A stretch of DNA of 28,703 nt from Chlamydiota bacterium (GCA_037133055.1 JBAXOY010000027.1:1-28703); one strand, 5' to 3'. Numbered from the stretch's first letter, positions 7,881 to 17,004 are shown. Numbers and translations are program-made. The notes: generated by a model from the letters alone, not told the origin.

Positions 7881-9335
7881 ATGAAATTGAATGACCTTTT
7901 GACCGCCGTGCCCGAGTGCCGCGCCAGGGGGCCCCGCGACGTCGAGATCTCGGGGCTGAGCCTCGACTCCCGGACGGTGCGGGAGGGGTTCCTCTTCGCC
8001 GCGCTCCCGGGCGCGCGGCGGGACGGGTGCGACTTCGTGGAAGACGCCGTCGCCCGCGGCGCGGCGGCGGTGCTCGCGCACCGGGATATCCCCAACCACG
8101 GCCGCCTTGCCGTGATCACGGCGGACGACAGCCGCGCGGCCCTCGCCAGGATCGCGGACCGGTATTACGGGAGCCCCTCGCAGGAACTCTCGGTGATCGG
8201 CGTCACGGGCACGAACGGGAAAACGACCGTCTGCTATCTCGCGCGCGCGATGCTCGCGGCCGCGGGGAAAAAGGCCGCCCTTTTCGGGACGGTGGAGTAT
8301 CTCGTCGGGGGGCGTTCGATCCCCGCGGAGCGCACGACCCCCGAAGCGCCCGCGCTCCAGGCGATGATGCGGGAGGCGGTGCGGGAGAAGTGCGACAGCC
8401 TGGTGATGGAGGTATCGTCGCACGCGCTCGCGCAGCGCCGGGTGGACTGCGTCGCCTTCAACACGGCGGTGTTCACCAACCTCGGCAGGGACCACCTCGA
8501 CTATCACGGGGACCTGGAGGCCTATTTCAGGGCAAAGGCGTCGCTTTTCCTCGCGCCAGGCCTCCAGTCCGCGGTGGTGAACGTCGACGACCCGCGGGGG
8601 CGCGCGCTCGCGGCGGAAGCGTCGGCGCCCGTGATCACCTACGGGATCGGGACCAAGGCGGCGCTTGCGGCGCGGGCGGTCGAGACGGGGCCGCGCGGCA
8701 GCCGGTTCGAGATGGAGTTCCGCGGCGCGCGGACGCCGGTCGCGCTTCCCCTCCTCGGGAGGCATAACGTGTACAACGCCCTCGCCGCCGCGGGCGCCGC
8801 GTTCGCGGCGGGGCTCGATGCGGGGGCGATCGCGGAAGCCCTCTCGGGGGCGAGCCCCGTGCCGGGGCGGCTCGAGGAGGTGCGGGCGGGTTTCCCGTGC
8901 CGGGTCTTCATAGACTACGCCCACACCGGGGAGGCGCTCGAGAGCGTCCTCTCCGCCCTCCGCGAGGGGTGCCGGGGGCGGATCACCGTCGTCTTCGGGT
9001 GCGGCGGGGACCGGGACAGGTCGAAGCGCCGTCCCATGGGAAGGGTGGCCGCGCGCCTGGCGGATGCGGCGATCATCACCACGGACAATCCGCGCCTGGA
9101 AGACCCGCTCGAGATCATGGCGGAGATCGCCCGCGGGTTCGACGGCACCGGGAAGCGGCCGGTGGAGATACGCGACAGGCGCGAGGCCATCGCGGCCGCA
9201 CTCGCCGGGGCGCGGGAGGGGGACATCGTGCTGGTGGCGGGGAAGGGGCACGAGCGCACTCAGGAAGTCGGGAGCACGGTGGTGCCGTTCAGCGACCGGG
9301 ATGTCGTCACGGGGCTTGCGGGCCGGCCTGAATGA
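7881..9335 (+). CDS. murE: UDP-MurNAc-L-Ala-D-Glu:meso-diaminopimelate ligase MurE
   Basis: GVTGTNGKTT, RTTPE, MEVSSH, TNLGRDHLDYH, IDYAHT, FGCGGDRD, TDNPR (DAP-type), AGKGHE. Confidence 0.97.
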   Translation: MKLNDLLTAVPECRARGPRDVEISGLSLDSRTVREGFLFAALPGARRDGCDFVEDAVARGAAAVLAHRDIPNHGRLAVITADDSRAALARIADRYYGSPSQELSVIGVTGTNGKTTVCYLARAMLAAAGKKAALFGTVEYLVGGRSIPAERTTPEAPALQAMMREAVREKCDSLVMEVSSHALAQRRVDCVAFNTAVFTNLGRDHLDYHGDLEAYFRAKASLFLAPGLQSAVVNVDDPRGRALAAEASAPVITYGIGTKAALAARAVETGPRGSRFEMEFRGARTPVALPLLGRHNVYNALAAAGAAFAAGLDAGAIAEALSGASPVPGRLEEVRAGFPCRVFIDYAHTGEALESVLSALREGCRGRITVVFGCGGDRDRSKRRPMGRVAARLADAAIITTDNPRLEDPLEIMAEIARGFDGTGKRPVEIRDRREAIAAALAGAREGDIVLVAGKGHERTQEVGSTVVPFSDRDVVTGLAGRPE

Positions 9336-9338
9336 TTC

Positions 9339-9366
9339 GAGATCTGAGATTTGAGATCTGAGATTG
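9339..9366 (+). repeat. Heptamer array GAGAT(C/T)T
   Basis: gagatct gagattt gagatct gagattg right after the murE stop. Reverse complement of AAATCTC-type units at 2987-3000. Confidence 0.8.
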
Positions 9367-9555
9367 CAGGCGGGAGTGATACGACCGGATAGTATATCCA
9401 CGGCGTTCAGGTGGCGACGCGTCAGGCTTCGAGGGGCGATTTGCGGGCGACGGCGCGCGGCTGCGGGATCGCGGCGCCGCGGGGCGCTGCACGGGCACCG
9501 GGACCCGGCGGACGGGGCCTGGCTGAGGGGGCGGTTCACACGGTGCGAGCTTTCT

Positions 9556-10965
9556 ATGGAACCGATCAGCATCGCCGAGGTATTGTCGGCATCGTCGGGC
9601 ACGCTCGTCGCCGGGACTGACACGGGGGCGGTCGGCGCGGTCTGCACCGACACCCGGAGGCTCCGCCGGGGCGACCTCTTCATCGCGATCGTGGGGAGGA
9701 ATTTTAACGGGCACGACTATCTTGCGGAGGCGGTCGACAGGGGCTGCCGCGGGATCGTGTACTCCCGTCCGGCGACCGCGGAGGCCGCGGCCGCGTGGGG
9801 CGCGCAGGGCGTTGCGCTCATCAGGGTCCGGGACACCCTCGACGCGTTCGCCCTCATCGCGCAGCGCTACCGGCGCCGGTTCAAGCTGCCGCTCGTGGCG
9901 GTCACGGGGTCGAACGGCAAGACCACGACGAAGGAGATGATCCGCACGATCGCCTCCACGCGGTTCTCGGTTCTCGCGAGCGAGGGGACGTTCAACAACT
10001 TCGTCGGCGTCCCGCTCATGCTCCTCAGGATCGAGGCGTGGCACACCCTCGCCGTCCTCGAACTGGGGATGAACGCGCGGGGGGAGATCCGAAGGCTCGC
10101 GGAGATCGCGGCCCCGGAGATAGGGGTCGTCACGAACGTCGGGCCGGCCCACCTCGAGTTCCTCGGGACGCTGGAGAACGTCGCCGCCGCCAAGGCCGAG
10201 CTCCTCGATGCCATGGCCGCCCCGGGGCGCGAGCGGGGCAGGACCGCGATCCTGAACCTCGACGATCCCAGGGTCGCCGCGATGGGGGCGGGCGCGGGCC
10301 TCGCCTCCAAAACATTCGGCATGTCAGAGGGCGCCGACGTGCGGGCCGAGGATGTGCGCGCGGACGAATCGGGGGTGAGCTTTCTGATGCGGTTCAGGAG
10401 GGCGGGGCGCGCGGTCCGCGTGACCCTGCCGGTCTACGGGGTCCACAACGTGTCGAACGCGCTCGCGGCGGCTGCCGCGTGCGAGGAGCTGGGGATAGAC
10501 CCGGAGGAGATCGCGGGCGCGCTCCGCGGGATGCGCCTTCCCCCGATGCGGATGGAGGCGCTCTCGCGCGGCGGGGTGACGGTCATCAACGATGCCTACA
10601 ACGCGAACCCCGCCTCGATGCGGGCCGCGGTCGAGACGCTTGCGGCAATGAAGACGCTCGGCAGGAGGATCCTGGTGATCGGCGACATGCTCGAGCTGGG
10701 CGGGGCGTCAAATGAGGCGCACCGCGAAGTCGGGACCCTCGCCGCGGCGCGCGGCATCGACGTTCTGGTCGCCGTCGGGCCGCTCAGCGCGCGCGCCGCC
10801 GACGCCGCCGCGGCTGCCGGGATGCCCCCGAGCTCGGTGGCGCGGTGCGCGGGGGCGCGGGAGGCGGCGGAGGCGCTGTGGGCGATCGCGCGGGAGGGCG
10901 ACTGCGTGCTGCTCAAGGCGTCGCGCCGGATGGGCCTCGAAAAAATACTGGAAGAACCTGAATAG
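9556..10965 (+). CDS. murF: UDP-MurNAc-tripeptide:D-Ala-D-Ala ligase MurF
   Basis: TDTR, AVTGSNGKTTTKEM, FNNFVGVPL, LELGMN..GEI, AHLEFLG, INDAYNANPASM, GDMLELG, LLKASR. Confidence 0.97.
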   Translation: MEPISIAEVLSASSGTLVAGTDTGAVGAVCTDTRRLRRGDLFIAIVGRNFNGHDYLAEAVDRGCRGIVYSRPATAEAAAAWGAQGVALIRVRDTLDAFALIAQRYRRRFKLPLVAVTGSNGKTTTKEMIRTIASTRFSVLASEGTFNNFVGVPLMLLRIEAWHTLAVLELGMNARGEIRRLAEIAAPEIGVVTNVGPAHLEFLGTLENVAAAKAELLDAMAAPGRERGRTAILNLDDPRVAAMGAGAGLASKTFGMSEGADVRAEDVRADESGVSFLMRFRRAGRAVRVTLPVYGVHNVSNALAAAAACEELGIDPEEIAGALRGMRLPPMRMEALSRGGVTVINDAYNANPASMRAAVETLAAMKTLGRRILVIGDMLELGGASNEAHREVGTLAAARGIDVLVAVGPLSARAADAAAAAGMPPSSVARCAGAREAAEALWAIAREGDCVLLKASRRMGLEKILEEPE

Positions 10966-10966
10966 A

Positions 10967-11035
10967 GTGGACGAAGTGGACGGAAGAACGGCACCCGGAC
11001 GAAGTGGATATGGCGGACGCCGTGGTGGACATATG
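10967..11035 (+). repeat. Degenerate 9-mer array (GTGGACGAA-type)
   Basis: gtggacgaa gtggacgga ... ccggacgaa gtggatatg gcggacgcc ... gtggacata in the murF-mraY gap. Confidence 0.65.
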
Positions 11036-11046
11036 GTGAGGGGAAC

Positions 11047-12144
11047 ATGCTGTACTACATCCTGTACCCGCTGAGGGGATACTTCTTCGGGTTCAACGTC
11101 GTCAGGTACATCACATTCCGCGCGGCGGCGGCGGCGGTAACCTCGATGCTCATCAGCATCGCAATCGGGCCGTGGGTGATACGAAAGATGCACGAGCTCG
11201 AGATCGGCCAACCCGTGCGGCGCGACTGGTTCCCCCTTTTCGCCCAGCACAAGGACAAGGAGGGGACCCCCACGATGGGCGGGGCGCTGATCATCCTCTC
11301 GGTGCTCGTCTCCTGCGCCCTCTGGGCGGACATCCTGAACCGGTTCATCCTCCTCGCCCTTTTCACGCTTATCTGGCTCGGGGGGGTCGGGTTCATGGAC
11401 GACTACCTGAAGGTGACGAAGAAGAGCGTGCGCGGGCTGGGCGCAGGGCGCAAGTTCGCGGGGCAGATCGTCCTCGGGGTCTTCATCGGCTTCTACCTGC
11501 TCTACCACCCGGCGACGTCGCCCTATGCCGCCGAGATCAGCGTCCCGTTCTATAAAAATCCGATTGTCGCGGACCTGGGCATCTACTATATCGTCTTCGC
11601 CCTGCTTGTCCTCGTGGGGAGCTCCAACGCGGTCAACCTCACCGACGGCCTTGACGGGCTGGCGATCGGGTGCGTGGTCAGCGCCGCCCTTGTCTATGCG
11701 GTGATGAGCTACGTGACGGGCCACGCCCAGTTCGCCTCCTACCTCCAGATACGCCATATCCCGGGGAGCGGGGAGCTCACGGTCTTCTGCGCGAGCGTCG
11801 TGGGCGCGGGGCTCGGCTTCCTCTGGTACAACGCGCATCCCGCGGATATCTTCATGGGCGACACCGGGTCGCTCGCCCTCGGCGGCGTCGTGGGGCTCGT
11901 GGCCATCCTGATCAAGAGGGAGCTCGCGCTCCTGCTGGTGGGCGGGGTGTTTGTGATGGAGGCGGCGTCGGTCATCCTGCAGGTCGCGTCGTTCAAGCTC
12001 ACGGGAAAAAGGATATTCCGCATGTCGCCGCTGCACCATCACTTCGAGATGAAGGGCTGGTCGGAGACGAAGGTGGTGGTCCGGTTCTGGATCCTGGCGC
12101 TCATCTTCGGGCTGATCGGGCTGGGGGCGCTGAAACTGCAGTGA
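11047..12144 (+). CDS. mraY: Phospho-N-acetylmuramoyl-pentapeptide transferase MraY
   Basis: KEGTPTMGG, GFMDDYLK, SNAVNLTDGLDGLA, FMGDTGSL, MSPLHHHFE. Confidence 0.98.
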   Translation: MLYYILYPLRGYFFGFNVVRYITFRAAAAAVTSMLISIAIGPWVIRKMHELEIGQPVRRDWFPLFAQHKDKEGTPTMGGALIILSVLVSCALWADILNRFILLALFTLIWLGGVGFMDDYLKVTKKSVRGLGAGRKFAGQIVLGVFIGFYLLYHPATSPYAAEISVPFYKNPIVADLGIYYIVFALLVLVGSSNAVNLTDGLDGLAIGCVVSAALVYAVMSYVTGHAQFASYLQIRHIPGSGELTVFCASVVGAGLGFLWYNAHPADIFMGDTGSLALGGVVGLVAILIKRELALLLVGGVFVMEAASVILQVASFKLTGKRIFRMSPLHHHFEMKGWSETKVVVRFWILALIFGLIGLGALKLQ

Positions 12145-12170
12145 CGGCGTGTGCGCGTGACGGTGTACTC

Positions 12171-13577
12171 ATGGATGTAAAAGGGAAAGAAACGCTGGTG
12201 CTCGGAATCGGGGCGAGCGGGACGGGCGCCGCGCGGCTCCTCGCGCGGGAGGGCGCGCGCGTGCGGTGCAGCGACAGCGGCGCGGGACCCGACGCCCGGC
12301 GCCGGGCCGGAGCCCTCGAGAAGATCGGCTGTCGCGTCGAGATGGGAGGCCACACGGAGGGGTTCGCGCGCGGCGTCGCGCTCGCGGTGATAAGCCCCGG
12401 CATCGACCCCTCCATCCCGGTCGTGCGGCGGCTCAGGGCGGACGGCGTGGAGCTGATCTCGGAGATCGAGCTCGCGTACGCCTTCTGCGATGCGCCGGTG
12501 ATCGCGGTGACGGGGACGAACGGCAAGACGACGACGGTTACCCTGATCGAGCGGATCCTGCGCGCGGACGGGAGGAACATCGCGGCCTGCGGCAACATCG
12601 GGAAGCCGTTCTCGGAATGCGTCGTGGAAAAGGGCGGGGCGGAGCTCTTTGTCCTCGAGGTGAGCTCCTTCCAGCTCGAGGCGGTGAGGGCCTTCAGGCC
12701 GTGGATCGCGGTCGCGCTCAACATCGCCCCCGATCACCTCGACCGCTACCGCACTTTCGACGACTACGCGGCGGCGAAGGCGGCGATCTTCCGGAAGCAG
12801 GGGGCGGGGGACTGGGCGATCGTGAAGGCCGGGGAGCGCCGGGGATGGGAGAAGCGCGGGATGCGGGGCCCGCAGACGGTCATCGAGTTCTCGGCGCGGG
12901 GAGAGGTCCCGCAGGGCGCGTGCGTCAAGGATGACCGGATCGTGGTGACGGTTGGCGGCGCGCGGGAGGAGATCTGCCGGAGGGAGGAGCTGCTCCCCGG
13001 CGGTTTCCACAATCTCGAGAACGCCCTCGCCGCGGCCGCGGCGGCGTCGATCTGCGGGGCGCACTCCGCCTCGACGCGTCGGGTCTTCAGGGAGTTCAGG
13101 GGCCTCCCGCACCGGATGGAGCCGGCGGGAAAATGGCGCGGGATCTCGTTCGTGAACGACTCGAAGGCCACCAACCCCGACGCGGTCCTGCGGGCGCTCG
13201 AGTCCGCGACGGGGCCGGTGGTGCTCATTGCCGGGGGGCGGGACAAGGGGTTCGACTATTCGGCGCTCCGGGGCGAGATTCTTCGCACGGTGAAGGGGCT
13301 CGTGCTCATCGGCGAGGCGAGGGAGAAGATGGCGCGCGACCTCGAGGGGGCGGTGACGACGCGCTTCGCGGAGACCCTCGGGGAGGCGGTTCGGATTGCG
13401 GCGGGGCAGGCGGCGCCGGGCGACACGGTGATGCTGTCCCCGGCGTGCTCGAGCTACGACATGTTCAGGAACTATGAGGAGAGGGGGGATGAGTTTAAGA
13501 GAATAGTCGCGAATATGACCGAGGAGAACGGGCCGAGGGTGCCCGCATCTCCCTGTGCCCTGAACGCTGAACCCTGA
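12171..13577 (+). CDS. murD: UDP-MurNAc-L-Ala:D-Glu ligase MurD
   Basis: VISPGI, SEIELA, AVTGTNGKTT, LEVSSFQLE, PDHLDRY, HRME, NDSKATN, LSPACSSYDMFRNYEERG. Confidence 0.97.
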   Translation: MDVKGKETLVLGIGASGTGAARLLAREGARVRCSDSGAGPDARRRAGALEKIGCRVEMGGHTEGFARGVALAVISPGIDPSIPVVRRLRADGVELISEIELAYAFCDAPVIAVTGTNGKTTTVTLIERILRADGRNIAACGNIGKPFSECVVEKGGAELFVLEVSSFQLEAVRAFRPWIAVALNIAPDHLDRYRTFDDYAAAKAAIFRKQGAGDWAIVKAGERRGWEKRGMRGPQTVIEFSARGEVPQGACVKDDRIVVTVGGAREEICRREELLPGGFHNLENALAAAAAASICGAHSASTRRVFREFRGLPHRMEPAGKWRGISFVNDSKATNPDAVLRALESATGPVVLIAGGRDKGFDYSALRGEILRTVKGLVLIGEAREKMARDLEGAVTTRFAETLGEAVRIAAGQAAPGDTVMLSPACSSYDMFRNYEERGDEFKRIVANMTEENGPRVPASPCALNAEP

Positions 13578-13580
13578 ACT
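13553..13580 (+). repeat. Heptamer array (CTGAACN) overlapping the murD stop
   Basis: ctgtgcc ctgaacg ctgaacc ctgaact. The 16-mer CTGAACCCTGAACTCT (13567-13582) is identical to 3086-3101. Confidence 0.75.
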
Positions 13581-13605
13581 CTCACAGTAAGGAAAGGAGG
13601 AGCGC

Positions 13606-14535
13606 ATGAGCAGGAGGAATCTGATCGTGGCGGTGGTGGCGGCGCATCTGTGCGTGCTCGCGGTTCTGGTCCTTATGGGCGGGTGCGCGCTTGAGAAGAA
13701 GGAGCCGAAGCTGACGGCCGCGGCGCCCGTGCAGGAGGTGCGCGCGCCGGAGGGAGAGCCGGAGTCCATCCTCGAGCCCAAGGGCATGGCCGAGGAGAAA
13801 GACCTGCTGGTCGCGCGTGAACCGGAGATGGTCCCGGCCAACGTCGAGGCGGCCGCGGCGATCGAGACGCCTGCCCCGCCGACCCCGGTGCCGTTTGTCG
13901 AGGAAAAGGCCGGGGCGGAGATGCCGGCGGTGCCCGAGATCGGCACGCAGCCGCCCATGGTCGCGGAAGCGAAGGCAGCGCCCCCCGGGAAGCCCGCGGG
14001 GGGGACGCACACGGTTGCCCCCGGAGAGAGCCTCTGGAAGATCGCCCGCACCTACGGGGTGACCGTGGCCGATCTCGCCCGTGAGAATAACCTGAAGACC
14101 GACACCCGCGTGAAGGCGGGGCAGACGCTGGTCATTCCGGCCGGCGCGCAGAAACCCGTCCCGCCCCCGGCAGCCGTGAATGCGGAAATCCAGGCGCCGC
14201 CCGCGGTGAAAGCGCCCCAAAAACCCGCGGCGGCCGGCGCGGAGAGGGTGTCGCTTCCCGCGGCGAAGCCCGTGAGGGCGCCGGAGAAGCCCGCTGTCCG
14301 CAACCCCGCACCCCGCATCGCCGAGATGAAACCCGCGACGGAAAAAGCAGCGGCGCCGCGTGCCGAGACGAAGGCGCCGGCGGGGGCGGTCAGGAGGCAC
14401 GTGGTGAAAAAGGGGGAATCGCTCTCCCTGATCGCGAAGCACTACGGCGTTTCGATGAAGAAGATCATGGGCGCCAACCGCCTCAAGGACGCGGGCAAGA
14501 TCCGTGCGGGCATGGTGCTGACGATCCCGCAGTGA
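13606..14535 (+). CDS. Membrane-anchored or lipoprotein with two LysM domains and Pro/Ala-rich linkers
   Basis: AAGGAGG RBS. N-terminal hydrophobic segment ending MGGC. LysM repeats HTVAPGESLWKIARTYGVTV...GQTLVIP and HVVKKGESLSLIAKHYGVS...GMVLTIP. Confidence 0.9.
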   Translation: MSRRNLIVAVVAAHLCVLAVLVLMGGCALEKKEPKLTAAAPVQEVRAPEGEPESILEPKGMAEEKDLLVAREPEMVPANVEAAAAIETPAPPTPVPFVEEKAGAEMPAVPEIGTQPPMVAEAKAAPPGKPAGGTHTVAPGESLWKIARTYGVTVADLARENNLKTDTRVKAGQTLVIPAGAQKPVPPPAAVNAEIQAPPAVKAPQKPAAAGAERVSLPAAKPVRAPEKPAVRNPAPRIAEMKPATEKAAAPRAETKAPAGAVRRHVVKKGESLSLIAKHYGVSMKKIMGANRLKDAGKIRAGMVLTIPQ

Positions 14536-14536
14536 T

Positions 14537-14653
14537 GCGGGACGGCGAAAGGGCGAAGGGCGACAGGGCGAACCGGCGGGACGGCGAAAGGGCAAACCGG
14601 CGATCGTTGAACAATGAAGTCGCCCACTCGCCGTTTCGGCCATTCGCCGGTTC
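14537..14653. repeat. GGCGA-unit array followed by inverted TCGCC units
   Basis: 18-nt exact direct repeat GCGGGACGGCGAAAGGGC at 14537 and 14576, and complementary tcgccc/tcgccg units at 14620-14653. Confidence 0.8.
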
Positions 14654-14715
14654 ATGGGTGACGGGCCGGAGATTCGTATCCGGGCGGAACTGGAAGCGGC
14701 GGAAAGGACGAGGCA

Positions 14716-15852
14716 GTGAACCAGCGGACGCTTCTCTTCTTCACGGTGGTGGTGCTCCTGAGCATCGGCATCGTCATGATCTATTCGACGAGCGCCTTCT
14801 TCGCCCAGGAGCGCTTCAACGACAGCTACTACTATCTGAAGAGGCAGGCGCTCTGGATCCTGATCGGCCTCGCGGCGTTCGCGGTCTCCGTAAATGTCGA
14901 CTACCACAACCTCCGCGCGCACAGCCTCACGCTCATATTCTCCAGCCTCGCCCTCCTCGCGCTCGTGTACGTCCCGGGGGTCGGGAGGACCGCGGGAGGG
15001 GCGAGCCGCTGGATATGGCTTGGGGGATTCAGCTTTCAGCCGTCCGAGATCGCGAAGCTCGGCCTGATCCTCTATATGGCCGACGTCATGGCGAGGAAGC
15101 AGCGGCAGATCGATCACTTCTGGACTGGGCTGGCGGTGCCGCTCGTGCTCTTCGGAAGCATGCTGGGCCTCATCATGCTGCAGCCCGACCTTGGGACGAC
15201 GATCCTCTGCGCGCTCGTGGTCGGCATCATGCTGTTCGTGGCGGGGGTGCGGCTCCGGCTCCTCCTCCCCCTCTGTCTCGCCGCCCTGCCCGCGGTCTAC
15301 GTGCTCGTCTTCAGCTCCGAGTACCGGATGCGGCGCATCGTGGCGTTTGTAAACCCGTGGGCCGACCCGGAGGGGACCGGTTTCCAGATCATCCAGTCGT
15401 TCATCGCGCTCGGCTCCGGCGGAATCACCGGGCTGGGGCTCGCGCAGAGCCGCCAGAAATTCTACTACCTCCCGGCGGCGCACACGGACTTCATCTTCTC
15501 GATCATCGGGGAGGAGCTCGGCATCATCGGCGCGGGCGTCATCGTCACGCTGTTCCTCGCGCTGCTCATCTTCGGGATGCGGATATGCCGGAAGGCCCCC
15601 GATTTTTACGGGCACCTCCTGGCGCTCGGGATCGTGTCGATGCTCAGCCTCCAGGCCATCATCAACATCGCGGTGGTGACCGGGAGCCTCCCGACGAAGG
15701 GCCTGCCGCTCCCCTTCATCAGCTTCGGCGGATCGAGCATGGTCTTCAACCTTTTTGCCGTCGGGGTGCTGATGAACATCGGGAGGCACGTGGGGTCGGA
15801 CCTTGCGGTCCACTACCTCGAGAATCGCGAGGACAGGACGATGCGTATATGA
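14716..15852 (+). CDS. ftsW: SEDS peptidoglycan polymerase FtsW
   Basis: GTG start. GASRWI, FQPSEIAK, QPDLGT, GFQIIQS, LPAAHTDFIFSIIGEELG, PTKGLPLPFISFGGSS. Confidence 0.96.
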   Translation: MNQRTLLFFTVVVLLSIGIVMIYSTSAFFAQERFNDSYYYLKRQALWILIGLAAFAVSVNVDYHNLRAHSLTLIFSSLALLALVYVPGVGRTAGGASRWIWLGGFSFQPSEIAKLGLILYMADVMARKQRQIDHFWTGLAVPLVLFGSMLGLIMLQPDLGTTILCALVVGIMLFVAGVRLRLLLPLCLAALPAVYVLVFSSEYRMRRIVAFVNPWADPEGTGFQIIQSFIALGSGGITGLGLAQSRQKFYYLPAAHTDFIFSIIGEELGIIGAGVIVTLFLALLIFGMRICRKAPDFYGHLLALGIVSMLSLQAIINIAVVTGSLPTKGLPLPFISFGGSSMVFNLFAVGVLMNIGRHVGSDLAVHYLENREDRTMRI

Positions 15853-16961
15853 GGATCGCGTTCGCCGCCGGAGGGACCGGGGGGCATCTGTACCCGGCGC
15901 TCGGTGTCGCGGAGGAGCTCCTGAGGAGGGACCGGGCGTCCGAGTGCCTCTTCCTCGTGTCGCGGCGCGGGGTGGAGCGCGGGGTGCTCGAGGGTTTCGG
16001 TTTTCCCTTCGTGGAGCTTCCGGCGAGCGCGTTCGGAAGCATCTGTTCGTTCCGGGTGGTCCCCGCCCTTGCGCGGATGATCCTGGCGTACCGGGAGGCG
16101 GGGCGGCTCATGCGGGAGCGGGGGATGCAGGCGCTCGTCGGCTTCGGCGCGTATGTCTCGGTGCCGCCCGCGCTGTCAGCGAGGGCGATGGGCATCGGGG
16201 TCGTGATCCACGAAGCGAACGCGGTGATGGGGAGAGCGAACCGGCTGCTCTCTCGGGTCGCGGACGCGGTTGCGCTGGGAATGCCCTCCGGTGAGCGCCG
16301 TCGCGCGGGTACGCGGTGCGAGGTCACCGGCATCCCGCTGCGGCGCGGGATAGTGCGCGGGATGGAGCGCGACGAGGCGCGGCGGATCCTCGGGCTTCCG
16401 ACGGGCGGATTCACGCTGCTCGTGATGGGTGGGAGCCAGGGTGCCCGAGCGCTCAACGACGCCGCGGCGGGTGCGGCGGGTATCCTCGCGCGGGTAAAGG
16501 GGATGCAGGTCGTGCACCTCGCGGGCGAGCGCGGGTGCGGGGAAGTGCGCGAGGCGTATCGCAGGGCGGGCCTTGCCGCGGCGGTGTTCCCGTATATCGA
16601 GGAGATGGAGCGGGCGTACGCGGCGGCCGACCTCGCGGTGTGCCGTGCGGGGGCGATGACGCTTGCCGAGCTCGCGCAGGCGGGGCTGCCCGCGATCACC
16701 GTGCCCTTTCCGCGCGCGGTCGGGAACCACCAGGAAGCGAACGCGCGGCTCTACGAGAAGGCGGGCGGGGCCGAGACGCTCCTCGAACGGGATCTCACGC
16801 CGGCGGGCCTCGCGGAGCGGGTCATCCGGCGCGCGAAGGATACGGCCGCGCGGGAGAAGATGTCGCGGGCCATGCGGGGGCTCGCGAGGCCTGACGCGGC
16901 CGCGAAATTGGCGGACCTGATTGAAAAAACCGTGAGGGCGTGTGCGCGTGTGCGCGTGTGA
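15849..16961 (+). CDS. murG: Undecaprenyl-PP-MurNAc-pentapeptide GlcNAc transferase MurG
   Basis: ATGA overlap with ftsW. GGTGGHLYP, IHEAN, GGSQGA, CRAGAMT.AE, HQEANA. Confidence 0.96.
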   Translation: MRIAFAAGGTGGHLYPALGVAEELLRRDRASECLFLVSRRGVERGVLEGFGFPFVELPASAFGSICSFRVVPALARMILAYREAGRLMRERGMQALVGFGAYVSVPPALSARAMGIGVVIHEANAVMGRANRLLSRVADAVALGMPSGERRRAGTRCEVTGIPLRRGIVRGMERDEARRILGLPTGGFTLLVMGGSQGARALNDAAAGAAGILARVKGMQVVHLAGERGCGEVREAYRRAGLAAAVFPYIEEMERAYAAADLAVCRAGAMTLAELAQAGLPAITVPFPRAVGNHQEANARLYEKAGGAETLLERDLTPAGLAERVIRRAKDTAAREKMSRAMRGLARPDAAAKLADLIEKTVRACARVRV

Positions 16962-16988
16962 GCGTTGATGACCGATACGCCGATACGG
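16931..16988. repeat. 8-mer repeat element at the murG/murB junction
   Basis: CGTGAGGG CGTGTGCG CGTGTGCG CGTGTGAG ... CCGATACG CCGATACG. Confidence 0.75.
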
Positions 16989-17004
16989 GAAGGACGCAGC
17001 CGGG

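Noticed and set aside
9367..9555. Unexplained ~190-bp murE-murF spacer as an ncRNA, small gene or internal promoter
   Set aside because: No recognisable RNA motif, no convincing ORF with RBS, and the candidate -35/-10 spacing (20 bp) is wrong.
5889..9683. 1264-aa minus-strand ORF, and similar long antisense ORFs (16176-19550, 13582-15813, 12039-14051, 18541-20262, 22753-24372)
   Set aside because: Antisense shadows of well-supported dcw and other genes. They are Arg/Pro/His-rich with no motifs, as expected in high-GC DNA with few stops.
14588..14605. AAGGGCAAACCGGCGA resembling the start of a c-di-GMP-I riboswitch
   Set aside because: It is one unit of the GGCGA repeat array, and the rest of the aptamer is missing.
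14532..16961. Apparent 809-aa MurG, plus N-terminally extended MurD (11670), radical SAM (25646), RsmH (3852), MurF (9364) and PilT (25203)
   Set aside because: Extensions mostly overlap other real genes in another frame or are junk-like. Homology and RBS/overlap evidence begins at the internal starts used, so these are not fusions.
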